DNA of 64,000 nucleotides from Hemiscyllium ocellatum (lineage: Eukaryota), in assembly GCF_020745735.1 (NCBI RefSeq), contig NC_083408.1, forward strand, positions 92,038,484 through 92,102,483, read 5' to 3'. Under the pieces are notes generated by a model. That model worked only from the letters and a program-made list of their open reading frames with translations, was not told the DNA's origin and did not search any database. Positions 1-12,600 of this stretch are shown piece after piece. How positions within the stretch are numbered: the first letter of the stretch is position 1; each line of letters begins with the position of its first letter. The position numbers and the translations under genes were made by a program.

Positions 1-170
1 CCACTCTCCTATTTATCGCTCAGCCCCTTTCCTCCCACACAATCCCGATGAAGGGCTTATGCCTGAAATATTGACTCTCCTGTTCCTCAGATAATGCCTG
101 ATCCTCTGTGCTTTTCGAGAGCCAAACTTTTCAACTCTGATCCCTAGCATCTGCAGTCCTCACTTACACC
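1..170 (+). mobile_element. Penelope-like element 3' terminus with decayed hammerhead motif
   Basis: CCGATGA-A-GGGC-TTAT-GCCT-GAAA at 45-68, followed by the ...GCATCTGCAGTCCTCACTT tail shared with other copies. Confidence 0.7.
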
Positions 171-174
171 TTTT

Positions 175-770
175 CAAAAAATCTCAACCAAACTGTGATG
201 CTTTCTATGGTGCATCTATAAAAATTGTCAAGAGTCCTTGTGGACATACCGAATTTCCTTAGCTTTCTGAGGAAGTAGAGGCATTGGTGTGCTCTATTGA
301 CTGTAATGTCAATGTGGATTGACCAAGACAGATTGTTGATGAAATTTGCTCAGACGAACTTGAAGCACTCAACCATCTCCGCCTCAGTACCATTGACACG
401 GACTTCATCCCACTTCCTGAAGTGGATGACCAGCTCCTTCGTTTTGCTGGCATTGAGGGAGAAGTAGTTGTCTTTACATCATGCTACTAAGCTCTCTATC
501 TCTTTCCTGTACTCTGTTTTGTCGTTGTTTAAGATCCGACCCATTGCCGTGGTGTTGTCAGCAAACTTGTAAATGGAGTTAGAACAGAATTTGGCCACAC
601 AGTTGTGTGTATAAGAAGTATAGGGGCTCAGTACACAGCCTTGTGGGGCACTGATGTTGTGGATTATTATGGAGAAGGTGCTGACACCTATCCTTACTGA
701 TTGCGATCTCTGGATCAGGAAATCAGTTGCAGAGTGGGGAGCAAAGTCTGAAGGCTTGGAGTTTGTAGAT
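175..770 (-). mobile_element. Rex1/Babar-like LINE reverse-transcriptase fragment
   Basis: APQGCVLSP...THNCVAKFCSNSIYKFADNTT..GRILNNDKTEYRKEI in ORF 479..823. Confidence 0.75.
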
Positions 771-771
771 G

Positions 772-2230
772 AGTCGGCATCTTTGCATTCTACAGATTGG
801 GTGCAGGGCAAATCAAAATCCATAGGTGTTCAATCCATGTTGCCAATGTGACTTAATGGATACTTTTTGTTTTGCCACTTTCTAATCGTGAAGAATTGCA
901 ACTCAGTAATTTTAGCAGAGGTCTCTTGGTGTAGTATTTTAGTAATTTTGGTCTTCTGTCACAATATTGAGCTGTTTTGTCCAATAAAATGTCTACATCA
1001 ACTGGCTGTTTGAAATGTTTATTGGACTTAGGGCTTAATTTGGGCCACATACTAGGATATTAGTATATATTGATAACTTTTAAAAAACAATGTGAACTTT
1101 CAGTTAATCATTGAAACGATGGTATTCCAATATTTTGCCGCTCAAGATATTTACTATAATGAAAAGACTAAACGCCTAAGTAATCACTATTATCGTTAAC
1201 AACGTACACTTCAAATTACAGAAACTAATATTTTTCTTGTTTTAAACACAACTGCAAAAACACTCAACTGGTGCACACAACACTTTTTTAAAGTGGGCAT
1301 TCAATGCCCCCAGAATTAGTCCAAATGATTCTTAACTTGAAACTTATTTTTTAACCTTACCTACCTGGTAACATCTAGCATGAGAACTATGCTTGTAGTG
1401 AGAGTGTTACTGGAGATCTTCATTCTGGTGTGTGCTAGGTAAATCTTTCAACTTCATTTAACTCCTTTTGATTTTTTTTTGCTTCAAGCGTGAGCAACCA
1501 CACACATTCTGGCAGGTTGAACCATAGATCCTTTGGAGTTGTAGATGCTCTTCCTCTAGGTGTCTGGAAAAATAACCTGTTTCTGATATTCACTGATATT
1601 TGAGGAAAGCCTTATAAACTTCGTAACAGGATCACACTTAAGTGATTGTTCGGTGATGATGATTCTGACGGTTTTGAAGACCCATTCTCATGCATGTTTC
1701 TCAATATCAAGCCATAAGCTGGTCCCTGTTCTGATATGTAATTACTCTCAGATCTTCCATGAAGTGGATTCCTTCTCCTTCTATCTCCTTCTCCCTTTAG
1801 GGTGGCATGGTGGCTCAGGGGTTAGCACTGCTGCCTCACAGCACCAGGGTCCTAGGTTTGATTCCAGCCTCGGAATCTGTGTGGAGTCTGCACATTCTCC
1901 CCATATCTGCGTGGGTTTCCTCTGAGTGTTCTGGTTTCCTCCCACAGTCCAAAGATGTGCAGGCCAGATGAATTGGCCATGCTAAATTGTCCATAGTGTT
2001 AGGCGCATTCATCAGAGGGAAATGGGTCTGGGTGGGTTACTCTTCGGAGGATCTGGGTGGGCCGAAGGGCCTGTTTCCACACTGTACGGAATCTAATCTA
2101 TCCTCACATCAGTTTTTCTTTCTTGAATTCCTTTGCTACAGCATAGTTCTTTGACAAGTTAGTGAATGTTGTGACTTTTAGCTTGAAAACAGCTTCGTAC
2201 TTCAGTACATTTAGCAGAGTTACCATTCCT
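772..2230 (-). mobile_element. Decayed pogo-family (POGK/Passer-like) transposase, interrupted by insertions
   Basis: Minus-strand translations: KYEAVFKLKV...NYAVAKEF (Brinker-type DNA-binding domain, ~2200-2110), RTGTSLWLDIEKHA*EWV (CENP-B HTH, ~1730-1680), and QKTKI...YPLSHIGNMD*TPMDFDLP (first catalytic Asp of the DDD triad, ~960-800). Confidence 0.75.
1801..2101 (+). mobile_element. tRNA-derived V-SINE (HE1-like)
   Basis: A/B-box head GGTGGCTCAG..GGTTTGATTCC, V-domain GTGGAGTCTGCACATTCTCC, (AATCT)n tail. Confidence 0.85.
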
Positions 2231-2664
2231 GTTTCTCACTCACTATTGCCATATTTAAATAGCTCTTTTAACTGAAGCAAAATAGTGCGGGTGCTGGAAA
2301 CAAACACACAAAAAGTTGGAGAAACTCAGGGGATCTGGTAACATTCGTGAAGAGAAAAACAGAGTTAGTACTGAATCTAATATGATTCTTCTTCAGAAAG
2401 TGCCTTTGCAACACAACCTGTATCATCTGCTTGATCCCATATAGTCACAGAGATGCACAGCATGTAACAGACCCTTCAGCCCCACCTGTCCATGCTGACA
2501 GTCTGATACATTGAACAGCAGTTATAAAGGTTGAAAATACACCCCAAGTGTCGCCCACATTACAAGCGGCTCAACATACCGCCCTCTGACAATGATCTCT
2601 CACTCACACGCACACACTGATCGCAACAGACACGGACTGGGACACATCTTCGGACCGCCTTCCT

Positions 2665-3395
2665 GCCGCCAACTGCTCTGATTGGAACATCCCCCCAGCC
2701 TGCAGCCTCCCGCTGCTCTGATTGGACCATCTCCTCGGCTCGCAGCCTCTCCTTTCTCTGATTGGACCATCTCCCCAGCCTGCAGCCTCCCGCTGCTCTG
2801 ATTGGACCATCTCCCCGGCTCGCAACTTCCCGCTGCTCTGATTGGACCATATCCCTTGCCCGCAGCCTCCAGCTGCTCTGATTGGACTATCTCCCTTGCC
2901 CGCAACCTTCCGCTGTTCTAATTGGACCGCCTCCCGTTCCCTCAGCCTCACACTGCACTGAATGGACCGCCTCCACCCACAGCTCAGACTGGATCACTCT
3001 TCCCTGCCCCTTCAGCCTCTTGCTTCATTGATTGGACCTCCTCTTCCCACACCTCAACTTTTCCCTGCTCTGATTGGATCACCTCCCCATCATTCCGCTG
3101 TAGCCTTCCGTTGCCCTGATTGGACTATCTCCCCTTTCCTCAGCATCTCGCTGCGCTGATTGGACTATCTCCCCTTCCCTCAGCATCTCGCTGCTCGGAT
3201 TGGACTATCTCCCCTGCCCTTAGCCTTGCGCTGCGCTGATTGGACCACCTCCCATCCCCTTAACGTTCCGCTGCTCTGATTGGACTATCTCACCTTCACT
3301 CAGCCTCCCGCTGCGCTGATTGGACCACCTCCCCTTCCCTCAGCATCTCGCTGCTCTGATGGCACCACCTGCATCCACCCCTCAGCCTCTGAATG
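2665..3395. repeat. 40-bp minisatellite, one inverted CCAAT (CTGATTGG) box per unit
   Basis: ATTGG at 2681, 2721, 2761, 2801, 2841, 2881, 2921, 3031, 3073, 3119, 3159, 3199, 3239, 3279 and 3319; unit approximately GCTGCTCTGATTGGACCATCTCCCCAGCCTGCAGCCTCCC. Confidence 0.92.
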
Positions 3396-3600
3396 GCCCG
3401 CCACCTGACCCCCGGCGGGGGCCAGGCCACTGATTGTGACTTGTCCCCGCGTCACTTCCTGCAGTCGGGTAGGCGGGGTCAGTGACGTCTCCCTCCTGAG
3501 CAATGTGTCAATCGCGGGCTCCGTGCTGCATCTCAGTGCACGGCAGGAGCTCAGTGCCCACTGTTTGTCCTCGTCTACTGTGGGTGCAATGGATGGTGCA
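3390..3600 (+). promoter_or_regulatory. OTUB2: OTUB2 core promoter / exon 1
   Basis: CpG-rich; ETS site CACTTCCTG near 3453, GC box AGGCGGGG near 3471, CRE-like TGACGTCT near 3483, all directly upstream of the ATG. Confidence 0.7.
3589..3600 (+). CDS. OTUB2: OTUB2 coding exon 1 (MDGA)
   Basis: gcaATGG Kozak context followed by a GTAAGT donor at 3601, inside the CpG-rich promoter; phase 0 fits exon 2. Confidence 0.7.
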
Positions 3601-6600
3601 GTAAGTCTGGGGGATTTCCCCATCCCCCCTCACTCCCTTCTCTTAACCCCGGCCCACCTTCCTGCCAATGTGAGGAGTAATCATAATTCCGTAGGATGGA
3701 GTTGGGAGGTGGGGGTAGGGTTGTGTTTTGAGGAATACAGCTACAGGATGGATGGACTGAGATGAAACAGGATGGCTGTTGACCACTATTCCCCAGTAGA
3801 TTTTATAGATTAGTTGTCACCGTCACAGCACCAAGCCAGGGAAAGCGTAACCAGTTCTGTTGACCAAGATACATACCCTTCCTGTGCTCTCACCTGTCCT
3901 CCGTGAAGCAGTGAGCTTGAAGATGTAGTTGTCACCTTCGTGGCTTGTCCTTTGAAGTGTGCAGGAGTTTTGCAACAAGTTAATTGTGGTGTGAATTTAA
4001 AATGAAATGTGCTTTCCTTAAACCAAGGGGAAAGGTGTTGTTCTTGTGGGCAGGTAATATATTTCCATCAAGAAGCGCAGCCTTTGCAGGAACTGTCAGT
4101 CTGTCAGTGACAGACAGCAACTGTGGATTAACAGTTAACATTTCAGATCTTCTCATGAAAAGCCACAGACCTGAAATGTGAACCTGATGGATACTTTGCT
4201 TTGGTAAACAGGGTCAATGTTGCATTTTCTTTTTATTTGTATTATGCAGTTGTTTATACAGTTATATTGTATTAATAAAGCTACACTGTATTGGTTCAGG
4301 GTTTACAGATGTTTCTTTTGGCGTTTGTTAACTTTTTGTTCTAAACTGACTCCATTAATGTCCCATAACCCTAATGTCAGCACTACATCGTTGTGAAAAA
4401 CCGACTCCATTAATGTCCCATAACCCTAATGTCAGCACTACATCGTTGTAAAATTTCCATTTTTCCCACCTAGCTATTCTTGTAGGCTTTCGGTGGGATT
4501 GCCAATTAGATTTGAAGCTAAACTCCAATAGTTCAGTGTTCCAACCCATGCACTGAATTTGATTACTTGAAATTTTGTGGATTTGTTGTGCTATGTGGTA
4601 AAAGTCTGCCGTGTTCAAATGTATTCTTTGGGTGGCAGATGCAGTGGTTAGTGAAGCAATTGCTGATAATCTTTGCACTAATCTTTTTGCATTCATAAGA
4701 AAAAGCATACAGTATACCAAAGTTTAGTGGGAAGCAAAAAACAGGAGAGGATAACTCTAAAAGAAATGACAGGGGAGAAAAGATGAAATATGAAAGTAAG
4801 CTATTTAGCAATATAATAAAAGAACTCTTGTAATTTTCTTTTAAGATATCTAAAAGGAAAGAGGGGCAAGAGTGGACATGGGATCCCTGGAACATGAGGA
4901 TGGAGAAATAGTAATACAGAACAAAGAAATGGCAGAGGAACTGAATAGATACTTTGCATTAGTTTTCACAGTGGATGACACCAACACTGTACTAGACAGT
5001 CAGGGGACAGATGTGAGTTTACTGGCCATCACTAAGAAGAAAGTGCTAGGGCAAATGAAAGTTCTGAAGGTAAATAAATCTCTTGGACCAGATGAACTAC
5101 ATCCCAGAATTCTGAAGGAGAAAGCTGAGGAGATTGAAGAGGCATTAGTGGTGATCTGTACACTGAATCACATGGAGGGTATCACAGCACTGGAAAATGG
5201 TTAATGTAACTATTTCCCAGGGCAGAAATAGCTAACACGAGGGATCATAGTTTTAAGCTGGTTGGAGGAAAGTATAGAGGGGATGTCATAGGCGGGTTGT
5301 TTACAAAGAGTTGTGAGAACATGGAGTGCATTGCCAGCAGTTGTGGAAGCAAGGTCATTGGGGACACTTAAGAGACTGCTGGACATGCATATGGTCACAG
5401 AAGTTTGAGGGTGCATACATGAGGATCAATGGTCGGCACAATATCGTGGGCTGAAGGGCCTGTTCTATGCTGTAATGTTCTATGTTCTACGTAACACTCC
5501 TGTTTAAGAAGAGAGGCAGTAGACAGGAAACAACAGGCCAGTTGCCTGACATCTGTAATTGGTAAGAATTTAGAATCCATTAACGATGAGATTGCAAAGT
5601 ATTGGAAATGCTTGGTAAAATAGTGCTTAGTCAGCATGGCTTTCTGAAAGAGAGGTCATGCCTGACAAATCTGTTATAATTCTTCAATGACGTAGTGAGC
5701 AAGTCAGACAAGGGAGAGCCAGTATACCTGATCTGTTTGGATTTCCAGAAGGCCTTTGACAAGGTGCTGCACTGGAGGCTACTAAATAAGATAAATGCCC
5801 GTGGTGTTCGGGCCAAGTTATTGGCATTGAAATGGGATTGTCTGATTGGCAGAAGTAGGGATAAAGGGGTCTTTTTCAGAATGGCAGTTGGTGACTCGTG
5901 GAATTCAGCAGGGATCTGTGTTGGGATCACAACAATTCACGTTCTACATTAACAATCTGGATGAAGAAACTGGGGACGCTGTTACTAAATTTGCAGATGA
6001 CATAAAAGATAGGTGGAGGGGTAGGTAATTGAGGCAGCAAGGAGGCTGCAGGACTTGGACGGGCTAGGAGTATGGTCAGAGTAGTGACAGATAGAATACA
6101 ATGTGGGAAAGTGTGAGAATATGTACTTTTGTAAGAAGAGTAGAGGTGTAGTTTGTTTTCTAAACAGGAAAAAGCTTTGGAAATTGAAGTACAAAGGGAC
6201 TAAGGAGTCTTAATTCAGTTAGGGTTAACATGCAGGTACAATTGCAATGTTAGCATTCTTTTCAAGAAGGCCAGAACACAAAAGCAGAGATGTGCTGCTG
6301 AGGCTGTAAAAGACCATGTCCGACTGCAATTGGAACATTGTGAGCAGATTTGGGCCCGTATTTAAGAATGAGCTAGCACTGGAGTGGGTGCAGAGGAGGT
6401 TTACATGAATGATATTGTAGATAAAGGGATTGTCTAGTAACAATCTATTGGACTCTATAACGTTTAGAAAGATAAGGGTGGGAGGAATCTGATTGAAACT
6501 TACAGAATACTGAGAGGCCTAGACATAGAAGATGTTTCCACTAATATGAGAGACTAGGACTCAATGGGACAGAATCAGAGGGAAGGGGTGACCCTTTAGA

Positions 6601-9600
6601 ACTGAGATAAGGAGGAATCTCAGGAATTTGTGAAATTCACTGCTGAGGAGGCCATGTTATTGAGCATATTTAAGCTAGATAGATTGGTACTTGATTGTTG
6701 AGGAGGGGTGGGGGGAAATCAATGATTATGGGGAGGCGACAGGAGAATGGGGTTGAGAAGCATTTCGGCCATGACCAAATGGCATAATTCAGCTCCTATG
6801 TTTTGTGGTCTTATCTCTGATAATCTGCATTTCTGCACAACATGCTGAATAGGTGCACTGAAGGAAAAGAAAATCACCTTTACATTATTTTGAAAGACAG
6901 TGGGTAATGGTATGAAAGTGCTCACTATTGTAGTTTCTTGACTACTTGTACACAAAGATTGCCTGCCCTTTATATTCTTGTCAACCCCTTGTTTTATTAT
7001 CCAGTATTCTGTGCAGCCTTTAATATCTCTGTGAAATCCTGTCATCTTGAGTGGTTAATGTTTTCATTGCTGTTCCACTCATGTTTCCTACAAGAGGAAA
7101 GGTGGAAATCAATCACTTCTAGTTTTTCTGCTATTTGTAAACTATAACTCATAGAATATAAGCAAGGAATTGATTGCAAAAGATTTGTATATTGGATCTT
7201 TACTCAGGTGTCAAAATGCACAGATTTTCCTTTGTGAATTTTAAAAAACATTTTCTTCTGAGTACTAATTTCCATGCTTTCTTAAAGTTGTCTTTTTCCT
7301 TCTGTTATGTAGTTTGGATCTGTTTCTATTGTCTCTGATAAAAATGATATAATCGCACTTGGAGAAGAACATCCTGAAGATAAAGTTTACCAAAAGAAAG
7401 TGCAGGTATGATATTGTTCAGTTATAACTCTATGATGATGCTTCTATTTACCATGGCATTCACTAATTGTGGCCTGGAGTTTATGTTATTGCTTAAGCAA
7501 GACACCCACTATTAGTTTGAATGAAGGCTATCCACAAACAAGAAACAATTAATATGAGGATAGATCCATTTGCCACCTTAAGTCAGTTCTGCCATTTGAT
7601 AAAATCGTGACTGATCTGCTTATAGCCTCAGTGCTGTTTCCCTGTCTGTACTCCATACCTTTCATTCTCTAGCTGATCAAAAGTCTATTTAACTTGATCT
7701 ATATATATTTAATGACTGGTCGCCGCTACTCTCTGGAGATCATTCTAGAGACTAACTTTGAGAGAAAAGAAAGCATTCTCTTTATCTCCCTCTTAACTAG
7801 TTGTAATTGTAAAACTTCTTTATAGACTCCGTCTTGGGGAAAGGAAACAAGTTCTTAGCATAAACCCCCTCACACCCACTCAGGATCTCAAACATTTCAA
7901 TCAAATTGTTTTGCAATCTTTTAAATTCTAATGGGTATAGGCCCAGTCTGCTCAAACCATCTTCCCAGAAATTTGTCCCATGAAAATTCACTGATCTGCT
8001 TCTATTGTAATTATATTCTTTCCTAAGTAAGAAGAGCAAACTGCGCAAAACATTCCAAACGTTCCCTCATTATTGCCCTGGTAAGATCTTTTTAATGTGG
8101 TTTTCTTCTTTGCCAATGTTCCTTTAAAACAGCTAGCTGGTGACAATGATGTTTTGGCTGGCAGCAGTGGGCAGGTAAAGAGCCAGTCACATTGGCAAAC
8201 CAGAAAGTAGAAACCTATTAATAATCTTCACTTTTAATTTACATTAAGGTAGAAACTAAAATAAAGATGAACATTTAAAAAGAGATTCAAAAATCATTTT
8301 TTTTTCGTTATTGACAAATTTAATACTCCACAAATATCAAATTAGGTTTTCAGGGCTGCTAAGAATAGCACTAATTATTAAGTTAGTACACTCAGTTACA
8401 CTTAATTCAAGAAAATGTAGGAAGTGCAACTTTTTGTCACTTCAGTTGATTTTCCATTGATTGCTGTCTGGGGTTAGAGAGTACAAATACTGACAGCAAC
8501 TTTGGATTTCTGCATTCGTCTGCACATGTGCAATGCAGAAGTTCACTTTCAGAGGTGAATTGAGAGTGAACTCTGAACAGTTTTACCATTAAGACTGTAA
8601 CATCTAGGCCAACATGTGCCTGCAATGTTATATTAAGGTCTTTAACCTTTTTGGACAGCTGTGAGAAGAATATTAATTCTCTGTGCAAAAATGCCTACAG
8701 TATAAAACTATAGTGAGAGTCAGATTGGTATCTGCGTATATTAGTCGTATGGGGCAAGTCATGATACTGCCATTTTTCAAAATTTAAACTTTACAAGTTA
8801 AATTGTGCCTAATTTCTTAATTCTGTCCTGTAAACTGTTCTGGAAATCTATTGTTTGATAGCATCTTGTTTGGTCCTACATGCAGTAAACATGGCATTGT
8901 AGTAGTCTATGTACACTTAAACATAAATTATTAACAGGTTTTTCAGGATGTTCGGAGGTTCACCTCTGCCAAGCTGGTGGGCCAACAGCCTGTGCTCCAA
9001 AGCTTTTCTGTTTGGGCACCTGTCAATAAGTATTGATTAGATAACACAGATTTTTTTTAAACACACACACACCTAACAATGCACTACACACTACAATTGA
9101 AATGGACACATGACTTTAATTACCCAATCATATGTATAAACAGATTATAATATGACCTACATCCGAGTTGGGCACTGAAAAACTAATCCAAGAATGAATT
9201 ACTAGTTTAAGAAATTCATGGGCTTCACATTATGTCCAAAGTCACTCTACACATTCTTTATGATCAGACTGATTTCAGAAACTGGATAGATTATACAATT
9301 CCTACAGTGGATGTGTACATTTCTCTCAATCAGAACTGCAGTGCATTTTTAAAAGAAAGACTTGTATCATTGACCTTTTGGTTCATATGGACACCCAGCC
9401 AAAAATATCCACTCTTGGAATTCTTGCTGGACTTATATAAAAATCACATTTGCTTCATATACAGTCAATCTTGTATCTTTAACATATTATCACATCTAAA
9501 GTCAGCCTATTCCCCCCAGTCACACTTACATGCTTAAGAAAGTTGAGGAACAGAAGGCCCTGATTCTTAACATACAATAAGTATAGCAGCTTCTAAGAAG

Positions 9601-12600
9601 AGAGAAGATTTAACTTTTTGGGTATGGTCAGAACTGGAACATTGTACCTTATGAACTTGTAAGGTACTCAGGTTTAATAACTTTGCCAGTTATTTATACT
9701 TCAAACATTATCTTCCTTTACAGATGCTGTCCAAACAATTACAGTTTTAACTGTTTTCCTTCTTTTTAGTGTGTTGGGTTGTTGCATTTTGTTTTCTTAA
9801 ACCCTTCAGTCCTGAATACTGGTTCTTATAAATCACTTGTATGAGTGAGACCTGGCTCCTCAAACCTCCTGAATGTTGATTATTATTTTAAGACTCAGGT
9901 ATATCTTTTGTTAAGGTGTCCGTAATTATTTTTCAATCATACACCATTTTCAGCTTTGAAAATGGTCAAATATTAAAAACGATCTTTATTAAAAATAGTG
10001 AACAATTTTATCTAACTTATGCAAAGAATTTAATTGTAGTTATTGTTTTATAAATGACTCTTGTAGTTTTTCCTGGTCTCATAGCATTTTTCAGATTGTC
10101 ATTCCAATGCTTGCCTGAGCCTTTAAGATTATTTATCTAATAGCTTTTTCTCTCATCTCCTGGAAGGGTATTGTTAGGACTTCATTTTAAAACATCGCAT
10201 AATCATATATATTTTAAAATAATATATTGGGCTAACAAGCTTAATTACCACGGTGATCAAACCAACAAACCTTTGTGTGGTATGTGGACAGGTCATTAAC
10301 AACTCTCTAGTCCAGCCAGTTTGTAAATTTAATAAGCATAATAGCTTGACTTATGATGATCCAACCATTTAACAAAGCTTCAACAAAATGTATCATTTGT
10401 CATACTGATAATTCAACACCAAAACTTCAACCTGATTTTTTTAAAAAAATGTGGCTCCAATGTGAAATTTCCAAATACTTTTGCTTTTCTCAGTACATCT
10501 TTGGCTTAAAAAAATTGCTGATTTGCTTTTTTCATATGCATTCCAAGACACCCTGCAACAAAATTCCTAAAGGACTACTTTCCATTTATTGCTGGAAAAC
10601 CAATGCTGATTTCATTGGGTAAAGGTTTGCAGCAAACTTCATGCACGTATAACTTAAACATTGAAAGAACTGAATTGGAAAGTACTTGTTAACTTAAATG
10701 TGAGTTTTTACTTTAAAGGATATCAGTCGAAAATATGCCTACTTCAGAAAAACACTTGGTGATGGCAACTGCTTTTATCGAGCACTAAGTTTTGCTTACT
10801 TGGAATCGTTACTTGGAAGTAAAAAGGGAATACAAAAGTAAGTTTATTTTATGGTCATTGCTAATAATGTATTATGGTAAGATAGTTTGAGTAAAAAGTT
10901 GTATGAACACAAGGTCGTGATGCAAATAAGTTCAGATTTGTGTTTTTAAAAATAGAGTACATTAGTGATTGCATTTTCTCCAGTATGGACATAAGCAGGC
11001 AGTCATGTGCACAAGTTATTTCTAATGAGTGCCACCTCCCCTTATAGACATTGAATCTTAATTTATACAATCAACAGAGATGATGTGAATGCATTCTAAT
11101 CTCAGGCAGATAGGAAATAGCTGAGCAGATTCCTTTATATTCTCACTGTCTCTGTAATCTCTTCCAGCACCACAACCCTCATGTCTGTTCTAAGCTAGTT
11201 TGGGCCATTTGTGCACATTAGATTTTAATTGTTTCTTGGTACTTTCAGTGGCCAATGCCATTGGTTCTGGAACCCTACTCATTATTTGTTTGCATCTGCT
11301 TTACTTTTGTTCTGTTAGACACTCATTAAAGCTCACCTCTTTAATCAAGCTATTGATGATCTGATCTAATCTCTCCTTATGTGATTTATTTTGTCAGAGC
11401 ATCATGAGGCTCTGTGGGGCATTTTATAATGGTAAAGGCACAATCTAAATATTTTTGATTATTATAACATCTCAGTGTGGAAACTCTTAATGTTGATTAC
11501 TGGGTTTTGTTGTATTATTTCAAAATGTTACAACAGAATTATCAAGAAATTGGCAAGGAAGAGCACTGTTAATTTAGAAGTTACTGAAAGTCAAAGATTT
11601 TGAATTTTGTCAGGATTTTTTAAAAACACATCATGAAGATACTAATAGCCAACACATAAAACAGGTGTGATGATTTTCTGACATTTAGGAATTAGTGAAA
11701 ATCCTCTCAATAATGTTTCTGGCGTTAGCTTAAATGCTAATCGCTACTTATCTGAATTGCTTTCATTTTAGACTTAGAAAGAATTTAATGCGAAGTCGAG
11801 AAGAACTTTCATCTGCTGGATTTGCTGAAAGCAGATTTGAAAATTCATTCACCACAGTGAGTATTTCATTTAAGAAGAATTGAAGGAAATGACAAATTTG
11901 AAACTTTTGCTGCTTGTGCCTTTTGACTGAACGCTATAAAATAATTAACAAGGGATTAATTTCAAACCCTTACTCAGAATTTGAGATATTGCAACTCTTT
12001 CCTCTCGTGCAAGCTATTAGTCACAGATCTAATTGTTTGAAATAGAAGTCCACTGGTATGGCTTTAGTTTGCATTTGTCTTGGAGTGTTATGGCCTTTAA
12101 TTAAGAAACTTTTATTGATCAAAATATGTCATCTACATTTTCTGTTCTAATTTTGCTAAGGAACTTCTGTAGTTGCTTTTTACAAAAATATGCAGTGATG
12201 CAGATAGCATTGACACCCCTGTTTGGTTCTCTGGTTCTAGTTCATGGATATGATTGACCTGGTGGAAACAGATGGTTCGGTTTCAAAACTTCTTGCTGCT
12301 TTCAACGACCATGGTGTTTCAGATCACCTAGTACAATACCTTCGACTGCTAACATCTGCATACTTGCAGAAACGGTCTGAGTTCTTTGAACTTTTCCTTG
12401 AGGGAGGTGTAAGTGTTAAAGATTTCTGCACTCAGGTAAGTTCCAGAATTGGTTATGTTGATTAATCTACCAAACATTAATTTCCCTTTAAAATCTCAGG
12501 ACAGAAAAATGTTTCTTGCTGAATACTAATAAACAGTTCATTTAGCAGAATTGGAAGTAAAAGTGTTGAACACTTAATATGGATTAATCAGTACACTACC

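Noticed and set aside
2560-2951. Repetitive ORFs (EMVQSEQREAA, etc.) and a CRISPR-like periodicity
   Set aside because: Eukaryotic 40-bp tandem repeat whose 'spacers' are homologous to each other; no cas genes.
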